Source: a virus
Reading direction: 5' to 3' (one strand)
IMG/VR virus record: IMGVR_UViG_3300043777_000056
Location: 7,798-71,797 of that record
DNA length: 64,000 nucleotides
Shown: in pieces, positions 46,363-55,483 of the stretch
Layout: each line of letters opens with the position of its first letter
Numbering within the stretch: the stretch's first letter is position 1
Position numbers and translations under genes: made by a program
The notes under the pieces: model-generated
What the model was told of the DNA's origin: nothing
What the model saw: the letters and a program-made list of their open reading frames with translations, nothing else
The model's database searches: none

Positions 46363-46638
46363 GTGTTCATTCCCTACAATTCTCCGGCCGGCAACTACAT
46401 GCTGAAACTGGTGGCTCGCTTTCCGGGAAAGCCCCCGCAGATCATGGCTCGTAGGTTCAGCAGTATGACTGAGCTGAAGACGTCTGTGAACAACATCATC
46501 GACAAGGCGAGAAACGTCAAGGTCATAGATGCCGGCAGGATTACTGGGTACGAGGCCTGCGTTATCGATGCGCGAGAGCGGTTTAAACAGTGTGGTGAAA
46601 TATCCCTGTTCAGGCGTCTCACTAGCTGGAAGCCATGA
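46363..46638 (+). CDS. Hypothetical protein
   Basis: AGGAGG RBS + GTG; ATGA coupling to dnaQ. Confidence 0.65.
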   Translation: MFIPYNSPAGNYMLKLVARFPGKPPQIMARRFSSMTELKTSVNNIIDKARNVKVIDAGRITGYEACVIDARERFKQCGEISLFRRLTSWKP

Positions 46639-47306
46639 CACGCAGATGCGTCCTGGACACAGAGACAACCGGGCTGCATGTAGGTAAACCTGACAGACTT
46701 GTCGAGATCGCCGTAGTCGAGATGCGCGATACTCAGGTTACCGGCAATGAGTATCAGACGTACATCAACCCTCGCGTCCGCGTCAATCCTGACGCATACA
46801 AGATCCATGGTTTGAGCGACGCCTTCCTATCGGATAAACCGGAGTTCGAGGACGTAGTGTCTGAGTTCCTGGACTTCATAGGTGAGGATGAGCTGATCAT
46901 TCACCATGAAGAATTCGATATGGGGTTCGTCAACTACGAGCTATCTCAGCTACAGATGGCCCCGCTCTCTAACAAGGTTTTCTGCACCCTGAAGTATGCC
47001 CGGCGTGTGCGCCCAGGGCGCCGCAACACTCTCGATGCCTTGGTGAGTGAGTACAAGATCAAGACGCATCGGGTGGATGGTATTCATGGGGCGCTGGCCG
47101 ACTGTCGCGACCTGGGGCGCGTGTATGCGGCGATGATCCAGGCGCAGGGATCGCAGCCTTTGGATTTTGACGTTCACGACCTTAAGCAAGATATGCCACA
47201 ATTGGCTCCAGGTGAATTGAAGATTGCATACGCATCGTCGGCAGAGATAGCCGCGCACGCGGCAATGTGCAAGTCACTTGGCATCAAGGTTTGGCAAGGA
47301 GTATGA
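46635..47306 (+). CDS. dnaQ: DNA polymerase III epsilon-like proofreading exonuclease
   Basis: VLDTETTG, FD, HGALAD; QPLDF clamp-binding-like motif and a C-terminal helix like cellular epsilon. Confidence 0.92.
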   Translation: MTRRCVLDTETTGLHVGKPDRLVEIAVVEMRDTQVTGNEYQTYINPRVRVNPDAYKIHGLSDAFLSDKPEFEDVVSEFLDFIGEDELIIHHEEFDMGFVNYELSQLQMAPLSNKVFCTLKYARRVRPGRRNTLDALVSEYKIKTHRVDGIHGALADCRDLGRVYAAMIQAQGSQPLDFDVHDLKQDMPQLAPGELKIAYASSAEIAAHAAMCKSLGIKVWQGV

Positions 47307-47533
47307 GAATGGATGGCAAAGACATCTCGAACGAAATTTGGCGTGAGTACGACTATGTCGATCTGAATGATCGGCGCCACATCTACCGCATCACCGCGCC
47401 GGCCACTCTGTATCTGGGTACCACGACACATCGTGTTGTTGACCGCTCTGGTGTGGCGCATGTCGTGCCGGGCGTGGGCCAACTTGGATGCGTACTGCGC
47501 TTCCAGCAGTTCTATGGTGGCGTGAGCTTCTGA
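47303..47533 (+). CDS. Hypothetical protein
   Basis: AAGGAG RBS; DISNEIWREY...THRVVD motif. Confidence 0.65.
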   Translation: MRMDGKDISNEIWREYDYVDLNDRRHIYRITAPATLYLGTTTHRVVDRSGVAHVVPGVGQLGCVLRFQQFYGGVSF

Positions 47534-47751
47534 TGGCGGCCACTCCTGCCGAGGTAGAGGCGGCTCGTCAGTACCTAACCACGAATGGTCTGAAGCTGTC
47601 GCCGCACAAGTTCGCTAATAGCCATAAAGAGCTTGGCCACAAGAGTTTTGACGAGACGCTTGCTACCCTGCGCTCTCTGGCGCGCGGTGCCAGTGATCAG
47701 GAGCAGGAATTGAAAGAAAGAGTAGATCAAGCCGTAAGGACTGAGAAGTGA
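47533..47751 (+). CDS. Hypothetical protein
   Basis: TGATG coupling. Confidence 0.6.
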   Translation: MAATPAEVEAARQYLTTNGLKLSPHKFANSHKELGHKSFDETLATLRSLARGASDQEQELKERVDQAVRTEK

Positions 47752-48053
47752 CACAGATTGAATGGCTTAGAAAACAGAAGAAGCGCATCGAGGAAGTAGC
47801 CGATAAGCTCGCGCGTACAACCATGTCCTCAGCTCACTCACAGGAACAGTACCTTCAGAACGTCGGTGCCTATCGCGCGTACAAGATTCTCATACAGAAT
47901 TTCCAGACCCTGATTGAGAAGACTCAGGGTGATCCAGGAGACTATGAACCGCTTGAGGTCTCCGACGAGGATGATGATTTCGAGCCGCCCGTACCACGCG
48001 GAAGGTCCGCGCCGGTATCGCGCCAGCGGCGACCGCGTGAATGGGGTGGATGA
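47748..48053 (+). CDS. Hypothetical protein (head module)
   Basis: GTGA coupling; EQYLQNVG helix of the type that often precedes phage GroES-like genes. Confidence 0.65.
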   Translation: MTQIEWLRKQKKRIEEVADKLARTTMSSAHSQEQYLQNVGAYRAYKILIQNFQTLIEKTQGDPGDYEPLEVSDEDDDFEPPVPRGRSAPVSRQRRPREWGG

Positions 48054-48550
48054 TGCCTAACTATCCAGGTAGCAGTGAAGAATTTCTGAAGCGTAATGTC
48101 GGACGTACTCCGTCAGGCCATGCAGCCTCGCGTGAACCCGCGCCCCGCGTGTTTCGCATGCCGAAGGGTAAGATTGCTCTCGATTCAATCATCGTGGTGC
48201 CAAAGATTCCCGCGCGCAAGTCGAAGGGTGGTATTGAGTACCCCGGACGATCTCGCGCGGCAGAGTTGGCCAACACCACTGTTGGTCAGGTGATTGACAT
48301 CGGGCCGCTCGCGTATACCACCGTGACTCGCGATGGCCTCGACTTTACCAAGGCCGCCCGCGCCGCCGTAGGCGACTGGATCATATACACCCGCAACGCC
48401 GGTCAGACCACCCTATTGCGAGAAGAGGGCGTGGAATTCAATAAGGACATGACGGACTGCCCGCGCTTTCTGATCCTGTCTGATGCCGATATCAAGTACA
48501 TCTTCGAGTCCAAGGAAGAGGCTGATCTGGTGTGGAGCTGGGTAAGGTAA
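48050..48550 (+). CDS. groES: GroES-like co-chaperonin
   Basis: KSKGGIEYP mobile loop, VGQVIDIGPLAY, VGDWIIY..NAG, ILSDADI. Confidence 0.8.
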   Translation: MMPNYPGSSEEFLKRNVGRTPSGHAASREPAPRVFRMPKGKIALDSIIVVPKIPARKSKGGIEYPGRSRAAELANTTVGQVIDIGPLAYTTVTRDGLDFTKAARAAVGDWIIYTRNAGQTTLLREEGVEFNKDMTDCPRFLILSDADIKYIFESKEEADLVWSWVR

Positions 48551-48898
48551 ATGAGCAAACCAAAGAAGCTTGCACAGAGCATTATCGTTGATGGTACCAG
48601 CGTCAGCGCCGCGCTCGCAGAGATCGATCCAAAGGCCGGTCAGGCCAAGAAGGATGCTGAGGCTCTGTTGAACAATGGGGGCGCAACCGATCAGGCTGAT
48701 CTTAAAATCCAGCTGGCCAAGAAGGCACTGGACGCGATCATGCAGGCCGGCAATGGACTGGTGGCTGCGGCGAACGATTGCGAGGCCAATACGCCCACAC
48801 CAAAGACTCAGTACGTCCTGGTGATGGTCCAGGGATACATCAACGATGCGCTGGCCGCATTGATAGAGCGCGAGAATTCCGGCATACTTGGCCTATAA
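48551..48898 (+). CDS. Hypothetical helical protein
   Basis: 115-aa ORF, G/C-ending codons. Confidence 0.7.
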   Translation: MSKPKKLAQSIIVDGTSVSAALAEIDPKAGQAKKDAEALLNNGGATDQADLKIQLAKKALDAIMQAGNGLVAAANDCEANTPTPKTQYVLVMVQGYINDALAALIERENSGILGL

Positions 48899-48909
48899 AA
48901 TTTTGAACC

Positions 48910-49344
48910 GTGCTGAGTGACTGCATATATCTCCCCTTGCCGATCCCTGTAAGGAAACCGTCACTAAGGGATCAATCTAAGGTATATAAGCATTCTGCAT
49001 ATAGAAAAAAGAATCTTGATAAGTGGCGCGCTTATGCTTCCAAATACAGGAAGAAGCATCCAGAGGCTAGAGCCGCTAGTCGTAGAAAGTGGAAACGTGC
49101 TAATAAGGCAAGATGCAGAAAGCAAACCCCTCCATGGGCTGATCGCAAGGCTATATCTGAGTTGTATAGGATAAGAGCTATACTCGGTCCAGCGTGGAGC
49201 GTAGATCATGAGATACCGCTTCGCGGAAAAATGGTTAGTGGATTGCATGTTGAAACCAATCTTAGGATTATTAGACATGCTGAAAATCTAAGTAAATATA
49301 ATTCTTACCCCCTATCTACCACTCCTAGTAACCAAAGTTGCTAG
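48910..49344 (+). CDS. HNH homing endonuclease
   Basis: TPPWAD...VDHEIPLRGKMVSGLHVETNLRII...NLSKYN; strongly AT-rich. Start uncertain. Confidence 0.85.
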   Translation: MLSDCIYLPLPIPVRKPSLRDQSKVYKHSAYRKKNLDKWRAYASKYRKKHPEARAASRRKWKRANKARCRKQTPPWADRKAISELYRIRAILGPAWSVDHEIPLRGKMVSGLHVETNLRIIRHAENLSKYNSYPLSTTPSNQSC

Positions 49345-49403
49345 AGTGCGATCTTCACGGTCTGGTAGCCGCCAGATCGGGGTTCACGCTCTGGGAGCGG
49401 TGT

Positions 49404-50519
49404 ATGGCAAAGCGAAAACAAGAAGCGCAGTATGAAGTGGTCGATGACGATTCGGCCGATCTTGATAGCGACATGGAAGACGGGGACGGTCTCGAAGCAG
49501 ACGTAGACCCGGAACGCGCACAAGCTCATTCGAGCAAAAAGTCGGACAAGGAACTGTTCGACGATCTCCCAAATGGAATCAAATTCAAAGATGAGCCAGC
49601 CGACGAGTCCGATGATGAGGACGACGAGGATGAGGACGAAGACTTTGAGCGTGACGATGAGGATGAAGACGAGGACGAAGACGAGGAAGATGAGCCCGTC
49701 CAGCGTCGCGGCGAGTCCAAGGATAAGTTTCAGCGCCGCCTGATGCGCGAGCGCCGCCTGCGCAATGAGGCTGAAGAAGACGCCCGAGCCAGCAATGAGA
49801 ACTACCGCCGCCTCGAAGGCGAGCTGTCAGAGATCAAGTCCCTGCTGGTACAGAACAATACTTCAGCCGAGCTGCAGGTAAAGATCGATGGTCTGAAGCA
49901 GAAAGAGGCCCAGCTACGCAAGGAGCTGAAGGAAGCCATCGAGGCCGGCGAGACCGACAAGCAGTTCGATATCAACGAGAAGCTCTCGGATGTCAAGGCC
50001 GATATCCGTAACACTGAAGCTTCCAAGGAAGCTGCTCTCAAGAACACGGAAGCTCTACAGAAGGCCGAGAAGGCTAAGCGAGAGGCGTTACCAGAGAATC
50101 GACATCTGCAGCGCTGGATGCGTCAGCATGGCACGCTGTATCGAAAGGATCCTGTTTTCAAGGCAGCCGCAGAAGCCGCCGACAAGGAGCTTGCTCGCAC
50201 TGGTTCCGTTCCAAACTCAGAGGAACATTTCGAGAAGCTGAACCGCATTCTTGCGCGGCGCTTCCCCGAGGAGTTTCCCAACGTCAAGATCAAGAAGAAA
50301 GAGCTGAATAGGCGCCGGCCGCCAGTGGGCGGTGGTGACGAGGATTCTGCGCCGACATCCAAGACGCGCCGGAAGTATACTGGTGACATCGAGGTCAAAG
50401 GAAAGACGGCTCGCTTGAGCGCGCGGCATCTGAAGATCATGAAGGATTTCGGGATGGACCCGGATGATCCGAAGGACGTGCAGAACTTCATTCGTGACAA
50501 TCTGCCACGCAAGCGATAG
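49404..50519 (+). CDS. Capsid scaffolding protein (putative)
   Basis: Very acidic N-terminus, FQRRL, long coiled coil; located between portal and capsid; GGGAG RBS. Confidence 0.7.
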   Translation: MAKRKQEAQYEVVDDDSADLDSDMEDGDGLEADVDPERAQAHSSKKSDKELFDDLPNGIKFKDEPADESDDEDDEDEDEDFERDDEDEDEDEDEEDEPVQRRGESKDKFQRRLMRERRLRNEAEEDARASNENYRRLEGELSEIKSLLVQNNTSAELQVKIDGLKQKEAQLRKELKEAIEAGETDKQFDINEKLSDVKADIRNTEASKEAALKNTEALQKAEKAKREALPENRHLQRWMRQHGTLYRKDPVFKAAAEAADKELARTGSVPNSEEHFEKLNRILARRFPEEFPNVKIKKKELNRRRPPVGGGDEDSAPTSKTRRKYTGDIEVKGKTARLSARHLKIMKDFGMDPDDPKDVQNFIRDNLPRKR

Positions 50520-50529
50520 GACTTAGACC

Positions 50530-51246
50530 ATGTCAAGACGAAAAATCAACAACAAGCTGCTGCAGGCCGACGAGGTTCTGGATGAGGAGCCGCTGTTTGC
50601 CGAGCGCGAGTCCGAGAAGGAGCGCGTTGCGAATGAGGCGTTTGACGACAACGATGAGGAAGTCGAAGAGACCCTTATCGCTGGCGACGAAGACGAGATG
50701 TACGAGTCCATCAAGCAGGAGCGTGATGAACGTTCCGCCGCCGAGCGCCGCCGCGTAGCCGCTGGAGAGAAATCCAGTAAGGGTAAGACCACCAAGGTCG
50801 CTGACAAGGTCCACGACAAAGACGATGAGTGGCAACCTGCCAATACCCTGCAAGCTCCGCCGCGCCGTCAGGGCATGGTGCAGCGCTGGATCCGGTTCGC
50901 TCTGGGCAATGACAACGATCCACGCAACTGGACCCGCGCGATCCGCGAGGGCTGGAAGCCGCGTCCGGTGGAATCTGTTCCCGAGGGGTTCGATACCCCA
51001 ACAATCAAGCACGGCTCTACCGGCACAGTTATCGCCGTTGGCGATTTGATCTTGTGCGAGATGCCGGTCAACCGCTTCAAGTCTCGCCGGAAGTACTTCC
51101 GTGAGAAGCTGGCGCGTCAGCTACAGGCTATCGAGCGCAAGCCGCTCGCCGCAGCCGAGCGTATGGGCGGCCCAGGCATCAGGGTAACAAACAAGAAGAC
51201 CTCGTCATATGGGCGTGGTCGGCGCAGTCAAGCGACTGAGGAGTAA
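50530..51246 (+). CDS. Conserved head-module protein
   Basis: WQPANTLQAPP..G...RWIR...REGWKP...GDLILCEMP pattern; directly after the scaffold gene. Confidence 0.7.
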   Translation: MSRRKINNKLLQADEVLDEEPLFAERESEKERVANEAFDDNDEEVEETLIAGDEDEMYESIKQERDERSAAERRRVAAGEKSSKGKTTKVADKVHDKDDEWQPANTLQAPPRRQGMVQRWIRFALGNDNDPRNWTRAIREGWKPRPVESVPEGFDTPTIKHGSTGTVIAVGDLILCEMPVNRFKSRRKYFREKLARQLQAIERKPLAAAERMGGPGIRVTNKKTSSYGRGRRSQATEE

Positions 51247-51249
51247 GGC

Positions 51250-51639
51250 ATGAGACGGATTACCGCAGCTTTCATTGGGGCCCTGCTGTTCGCGGCAGGC
51301 ATTGTTTCTGTCTCGGTAGCAGAGGGATGGCACCGCGCGCATGTAACGGGCTATCTGTCTGAGGTTACCGTCTCCGATCCGGCCGGCAAGGTTCGTGTCG
51401 GTCATACGATAGCGGTAGATCCTACTGTGGCTGAGTGCAAGCAGGCCATCGCTGAATTTATTACTGATCCAGAGCATATTGATGCTACAGAGAATTTTCT
51501 GGAGCGCGGCGGCACGATTCGCGGTTACTGCTTCCCGGTTGAGAATCCAGTCGTTACCCTGACTCCAGGCAGTCTGAAGCATGTCCCTGACCAGGATCCG
51601 CCGGCCGAAGAAAACGTCCCAGGCGAGCACCGCACCTAA
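51250..51639 (+). CDS. Exported hypothetical protein
   Basis: GAGGAG RBS; N-terminal signal peptide; two Cys. Confidence 0.65.
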   Translation: MRRITAAFIGALLFAAGIVSVSVAEGWHRAHVTGYLSEVTVSDPAGKVRVGHTIAVDPTVAECKQAIAEFITDPEHIDATENFLERGGTIRGYCFPVENPVVTLTPGSLKHVPDQDPPAEENVPGEHRT

Positions 51640-51680
51640 TCCGTAGCGCTATACTGTAGCCACCAATTGAGGATACAAAC

Positions 51681-52001
51681 ATGACCGATCCAGTAATCCA
51701 GACCGCAGAGATCGCTGCCAGCTCCGCCGCGAGTGACGTTGTGACCGCAGTGAAGACCGAGGCCGAGAAGGTCGAGGCTCCCGTGGCCGCCGATGTCGCC
51801 AAGGTCGAGGCCGTGGCCGATACCGCCGCGACGGACGTTAAGGCCGCAGTGGCAGAGACCAAGTCGTTCGTCGAGAAGGCGAAAGAGGACTTGGAGAATG
51901 ACGGGCACGTCGTGTCGCAGTTTATTCTGCATGTCGAGCAGCGTCTGAAAGCGCTCGAACAGGCCATCGAGAAGCGTCTCGGGATCAAGGCCAGTGCGTA
52001 A
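51681..52001 (+). CDS. Ala/Val/Glu-rich hypothetical protein
   Basis: GAGGA RBS; strongly biased codons. Confidence 0.75.
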   Translation: MTDPVIQTAEIAASSAASDVVTAVKTEAEKVEAPVAADVAKVEAVADTAATDVKAAVAETKSFVEKAKEDLENDGHVVSQFILHVEQRLKALEQAIEKRLGIKASA

Positions 52002-52068
52002 CGGCGGTTCCACTGGGTGGGGCCAAGAGTACGGCGAGAAGATCGCAGACGATTACGAGGGTCTGTAA

Positions 52069-52407
52069 ATGCCCAAACCACGTCAAGTAGGCCAGACAGG
52101 CCCCAAGCCGGAAGGCCCAAAGCAGAATCAGATGCCGATCAACCACGCGCGGAACCCAAAGGCTCCCGGCGTGCAGAATCGTGCCGGCGGGGCTCACCCC
52201 GCTGCCAGACGCGCCCTGGCGCCCAAGGCAAGCTCACACGCCCAACGCCGGGCCAGTGCCTCCAGCACGCCGGGCGCCGCTGTATCAGGCCCTGGAGCGG
52301 GCCCAGTGGGTGGTCTTAACCAAGACAGTCTACTGAATCAGTCGAACGCTATGGACCAGGATGCTGGTCCCGGACTGTCTTCCAACAGTGATTTCGGCGG
52401 GTACTAA
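52069..52407 (+). CDS. Low-complexity Pro/Gly/Ala-rich protein
   Basis: GAGG RBS + ATG. Confidence 0.55.
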   Translation: MPKPRQVGQTGPKPEGPKQNQMPINHARNPKAPGVQNRAGGAHPAARRALAPKASSHAQRRASASSTPGAAVSGPGAGPVGGLNQDSLLNQSNAMDQDAGPGLSSNSDFGGY

Positions 52408-52572
52408 ATTGTTCCACTGGCGCGCCGAGTGCGAGAAAATACGTTTTGGCTTCAACTGGTATCACCCGAGTGATCCAGCGAGCTGGGGCTTTATCTTCAG
52501 TATCTGGCTATGGAAGCTTAGGGTTCGCTACTCTCGTAGGATCAACCGCTGGTTCATCAGTCACGCTTTTCG

Positions 52573-52866
52573 GTGGGCCTGAGCTTAGCCAATATGACTT
52601 CACTGACTGAGGCAGAGAGAAAGCTTGAGGACGCAGCCGTAGCGGTGATGCGGGCTACCGATCATCGTGGTTTGAGGGTTCGACTTGTAAACCCCCTTCA
52701 TGTTGGGCAGGTTTTTGAGACTTTGTATCTGGTGTCTTGCCGCCTTGCGTTTGCGCCAATCGATGAGCAAAAGTCTCTTGCCACCAACGTGAAGTTGCTT
52801 GCCGAGCTTTTAATTGCTCATCTGGACTACGATCAAGTAGCGGATCATCAATCAGCAGCACTTTAA
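52573..52866 (+). CDS. Hypothetical protein
   Basis: 97-aa ORF; start uncertain. Confidence 0.45.
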   Translation: MGLSLANMTSLTEAERKLEDAAVAVMRATDHRGLRVRLVNPLHVGQVFETLYLVSCRLAFAPIDEQKSLATNVKLLAELLIAHLDYDQVADHQSAAL

Positions 52867-53150
52867 TACCTTATCGGGTTAGAGAAGTCCCAAGCGGCTC
52901 TTAGCTGGTGGCACGAAAACTGGTCTGTATCTGGCGAAGTAGCTTTCCAGATCGAGCCGTCTTCCCGCTTGTAGATCCGGCTGAGCCATTTACGCTCTCC
53001 GTCATGCCTGAAGAATAGGCTGACAGCTCCCCCGAAAAGCGTAACGAAATTGGTCGCTATGTTCTCCATGAATTCGCTACCGAAATGCTCTGCGCGCTCC
53101 TGGATGGTGTATCCATCCGTGCCTTCGCGTACCAGTTGATAGGTGCTCAT
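52863..53150 (-). CDS. Hypothetical protein
   Basis: GGAGG RBS before MSTYQLVR; convergent with the upstream genes. Confidence 0.6.
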   Translation of the reverse strand: MSTYQLVREGTDGYTIQERAEHFGSEFMENIATNFVTLFGGAVSLFFRHDGERKWLSRIYKREDGSIWKATSPDTDQFSCHQLRAAWDFSNPIRY

Positions 53151-53290
53151 AAGTACCTCCCGGCCGAATATACCACGCCGGCATACGATTAACACCCCCC
53201 TCCCAGCCCGGTGCCGGCTGGTTCACATATCATTCGCTACATCGCTTCCTTTGGAAGCAAGAACAAGAACAGCTCACGGAGCACTCGCAC

Positions 53291-53908
53291 ATGGCGAATC
53301 CAAATGCACCTTTCGGTCTTCGAGCAGTCCGCCGATTCGATGGCGGGGTCGTGGGCCGCACCAACGGCAAGTACACCATTGCCAATGCCTATGCAAACGC
53401 CATCGGTTATGGCGACATCGTCAAGACCGTTGACACGTACCAGTCGCTCCAGGCCAACGGCGGTTCTCAGCCGGTTGCTGGTCCGAACATCAACATCGCA
53501 ACGACCGGCGGGCATCCCATCGGTGTTTTCGAGGGCTGCAAGTACCAGGACACCCTGGGTAACTACATTTGGTCCAAGAACTGGGTAGCGTCCACCGCGA
53601 CCCTGAACGGCGCTGGCGCCCAGGCCATCGTGTGCGATGACCCGAACACGGTTTTCCAGGTGCAGAGTGACGGTACTGTTGCCAACACCGACGTGGGCAA
53701 GTTCGCGACCTTCGTGAACAACGGCGTACCGAATGCGCTTGGTATCTCGACTCTTGCTCTGCATGAGGCGGGTGTCACCACGACCATCACCGATTTCAAG
53801 ATCCTTGGCCTTGTCCAGCGTCCGGGTTACTCCGTCGCGGGCGCGTTCGGGATCGTCGAAGTGCTGCTGGCCCTGCATGAACTGGCAACCCCAGTGAGCA
53901 ACGGCTAA
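53291..53908 (+). CDS. Capsid decoration / minor capsid protein
   Basis: MANPNAPFGLR...IGYGDIV...GVFEGCKY...DDPNTVFQVQ; directly before the major capsid gene. Confidence 0.75.
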   Translation: MANPNAPFGLRAVRRFDGGVVGRTNGKYTIANAYANAIGYGDIVKTVDTYQSLQANGGSQPVAGPNINIATTGGHPIGVFEGCKYQDTLGNYIWSKNWVASTATLNGAGAQAIVCDDPNTVFQVQSDGTVANTDVGKFATFVNNGVPNALGISTLALHEAGVTTTITDFKILGLVQRPGYSVAGAFGIVEVLLALHELATPVSNG

Positions 53909-53936
53909 TCGGCCCTGAACTAGAAGAGAGTCAAGT

Positions 53937-54848
53937 ATGGCTACCATGAATCGCAGTCTGTTCTACAAAGAGCTTCAGCTTGGTCTGAACGCCATCTTTG
54001 GCAAGAGCTATCGTCGACATCCCGAGCTGTGGCGCAAGTTCGTCCAGGTCGATACGTCGGTCAAGGCTTTTGAAGAGGAAGTGATGAGCGTCGGCTTCGG
54101 CTTGGCCCCGGTCAAGTACGAAGGCGAGGTTGTGTCCTACGACCAGGGCTCTGACACCTACATCGCGCGATACGAGAACCAGACCTACGCTCTGGCTTTC
54201 GCGATCACCGAAGAGGCTGAGGAAGACGGTCTGTACGGCTCACTCGGCGCGCGCTACTCGCGCTCGCTGGCGACGGCCATGCAGGAAACGAAGGAAGTCA
54301 ACGGCCACGCGCTGCTCAACAACGGCTTCAGCTCCGGTGTTCTGGGCGGTGACGGTGTGTCGCTGTTCAACACGGCGCATCCGCTGTTCTCCGGCGGCAC
54401 CCTGAGCAACACGCTGGCAACGCCGGCCGACCTTGCTGAGGCCTCGCTGGAAGACGCACTGAACCAGATCGGTCTGTGGACCGACGACCGTGGTCTGTTC
54501 ATCAACGTGGGCATCAAGAAGCTGGTAGTCCCGACCGCCCTGCGGTTCGTGGCGCACCGCCTGCTTGAGAGTCCGTACCGCCCAGGCACGACCGACAACG
54601 ACGCCAACGCCATCAAGGACATGGACATGTTCCCAGAGGGCGTGGTGGTCACCCCGTATCTCACCGATACGGCGCAGTGGACCATCATCACGGACGTCGA
54701 AGACGGCCTGAAGCACTTTGTCCGCGTGAAGATACAGCGCGGCATGGAAGGCGACTTTGAGACCGGGAACGTTCGGTACAAGGCTCGCGAGCGATACAGC
54801 TTCGGCTGGTCGGACTTCCGTGGTGCCTTCAGCTCGCCCGGCGGCTAA
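53937..54848 (+). CDS. Major capsid protein
   Basis: KELQLGLNAIFG, AFEEEV..GFG.APVK.EG, ALAFAITEEA.ED, DFETGNVRYKARERYSFGWSD; extreme codon bias; followed by a terminator. Confidence 0.92.
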   Translation: MATMNRSLFYKELQLGLNAIFGKSYRRHPELWRKFVQVDTSVKAFEEEVMSVGFGLAPVKYEGEVVSYDQGSDTYIARYENQTYALAFAITEEAEEDGLYGSLGARYSRSLATAMQETKEVNGHALLNNGFSSGVLGGDGVSLFNTAHPLFSGGTLSNTLATPADLAEASLEDALNQIGLWTDDRGLFINVGIKKLVVPTALRFVAHRLLESPYRPGTTDNDANAIKDMDMFPEGVVVTPYLTDTAQWTIITDVEDGLKHFVRVKIQRGMEGDFETGNVRYKARERYSFGWSDFRGAFSSPGG

Positions 54849-54869
54849 GGCCAATTGAAGCCAAGCAAG

Positions 54870-54897
54870 AGCCCGGCCTTGCGCCGGGCTTTTTGTT
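54870..54897 (+). terminator. Rho-independent terminator
   Basis: AGCCCGGC-CTTGC-GCCGGGCT-TTTTGTT after the capsid stop. Confidence 0.9.
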
Positions 54898-54907
54898 ATG
54901 GTAGGCT
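54879..54907 (+). promoter_or_regulatory. Promoter overlapping the capsid terminator
   Basis: TTGCGC-N17-TAGGCT with an extended TGn; same -35 hexamer as the 9411 promoter. Confidence 0.5.
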
Positions 54908-54913
54908 GGTTTT

Positions 54914-55015
54914 GACTCGAAAAGGACACTTAGCGGAACGCAAGTAGTCCCTGTTAGACCCCCGCAGCACTGCGCATAAGCCGGATCGCCGAAAGGCAGC
55001 GGGTCACCTAGAGTC
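54914..55015 (+). ncRNA. Candidate structured RNA (~100 nt) or cis-regulatory leader
   Basis: Closing GACTC/GAGTC helix; GGACACTT..AAGTAGTCC hairpin; GACCC/GGGTC enclosing CGCAG/CTGCG and GCC-GAAA-GGC. Confidence 0.5.
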
Positions 55016-55041
55016 TAGATTTCTTGACACAGGAGAATGTC

Positions 55042-55296
55042 ATGCGGAGACCAGTTGGATTGCTGAGTGGATTTTCGGTCGTACTGGCCGCAGCGCTCGT
55101 AGCGCTGATCGGTACGCAGGCCACCGGAGCGGAGTTGGCGCCATACCAGGGTAAACTGGTGTCTGTGAACCCACTCCACGAGGAATGGTACCGTTGCACG
55201 TACCAGATCTTCGATCCGGATACGCGCGAGTTGGTTGGGTTTCGCGAGAAGGCGGTACGCAAGGCGTGCCCGGCCACCGCGATATTCAATCGGTAG
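55042..55296 (+). CDS. Small exported protein
   Basis: AGGAG RBS; signal peptide; two Cys. Confidence 0.65.
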   Translation: MRRPVGLLSGFSVVLAAALVALIGTQATGAELAPYQGKLVSVNPLHEEWYRCTYQIFDPDTRELVGFREKAVRKACPATAIFNR

Positions 55297-55395
55297 GATG
55301 TTGGACTGGCAGGTCTTTAAGAGGAAGGTGGGGTAGGACCGCGTGCCGTTTACCATGCGACCGAAGCCGGCGGGACGTACCGGTTCATCTGAACA

Positions 55396-55481
55396 GTGGG
55401 TGATGGTAAGCGGCCCCGAATACTCAGCTTCCCTCAAGCGCAAGCAAGGGAGTGCAGGTTCGAGCCCTGTCACACGTTACC
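55396..55481 (+). ncRNA. tRNA-like element without an anticodon loop
   Basis: T-arm GCAGG-TTCGAGC-CCTGT; imperfect acceptor GTGGGTG/CACACGT; anticodon arm replaced by a TTCCCT/AGGGAG stem capped by GC-GCAA-GC. Confidence 0.45.
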
Positions 55482-55483
55482 GA

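Noticed and set aside
49590-49695. GAY/GAR-rich low-complexity tract
   Set aside because: Simply encodes the Asp/Glu-rich scaffold N-terminus.
53237-54929. Long antisense ORFs over the capsid genes (similar ones over portal, terL and the giant gene)
   Set aside because: These are expected shadows of strongly G/C-ending codons; no RBS or recognisable motifs.
54914-55015. Resemblance to a c-di-GMP-I riboswitch (GGAACGCAAG, GGCAGCGGGTCACC)
   Set aside because: The GGCAAAC...GAAA P2 architecture is missing and the stems pair differently; kept only as an unassigned structured RNA.
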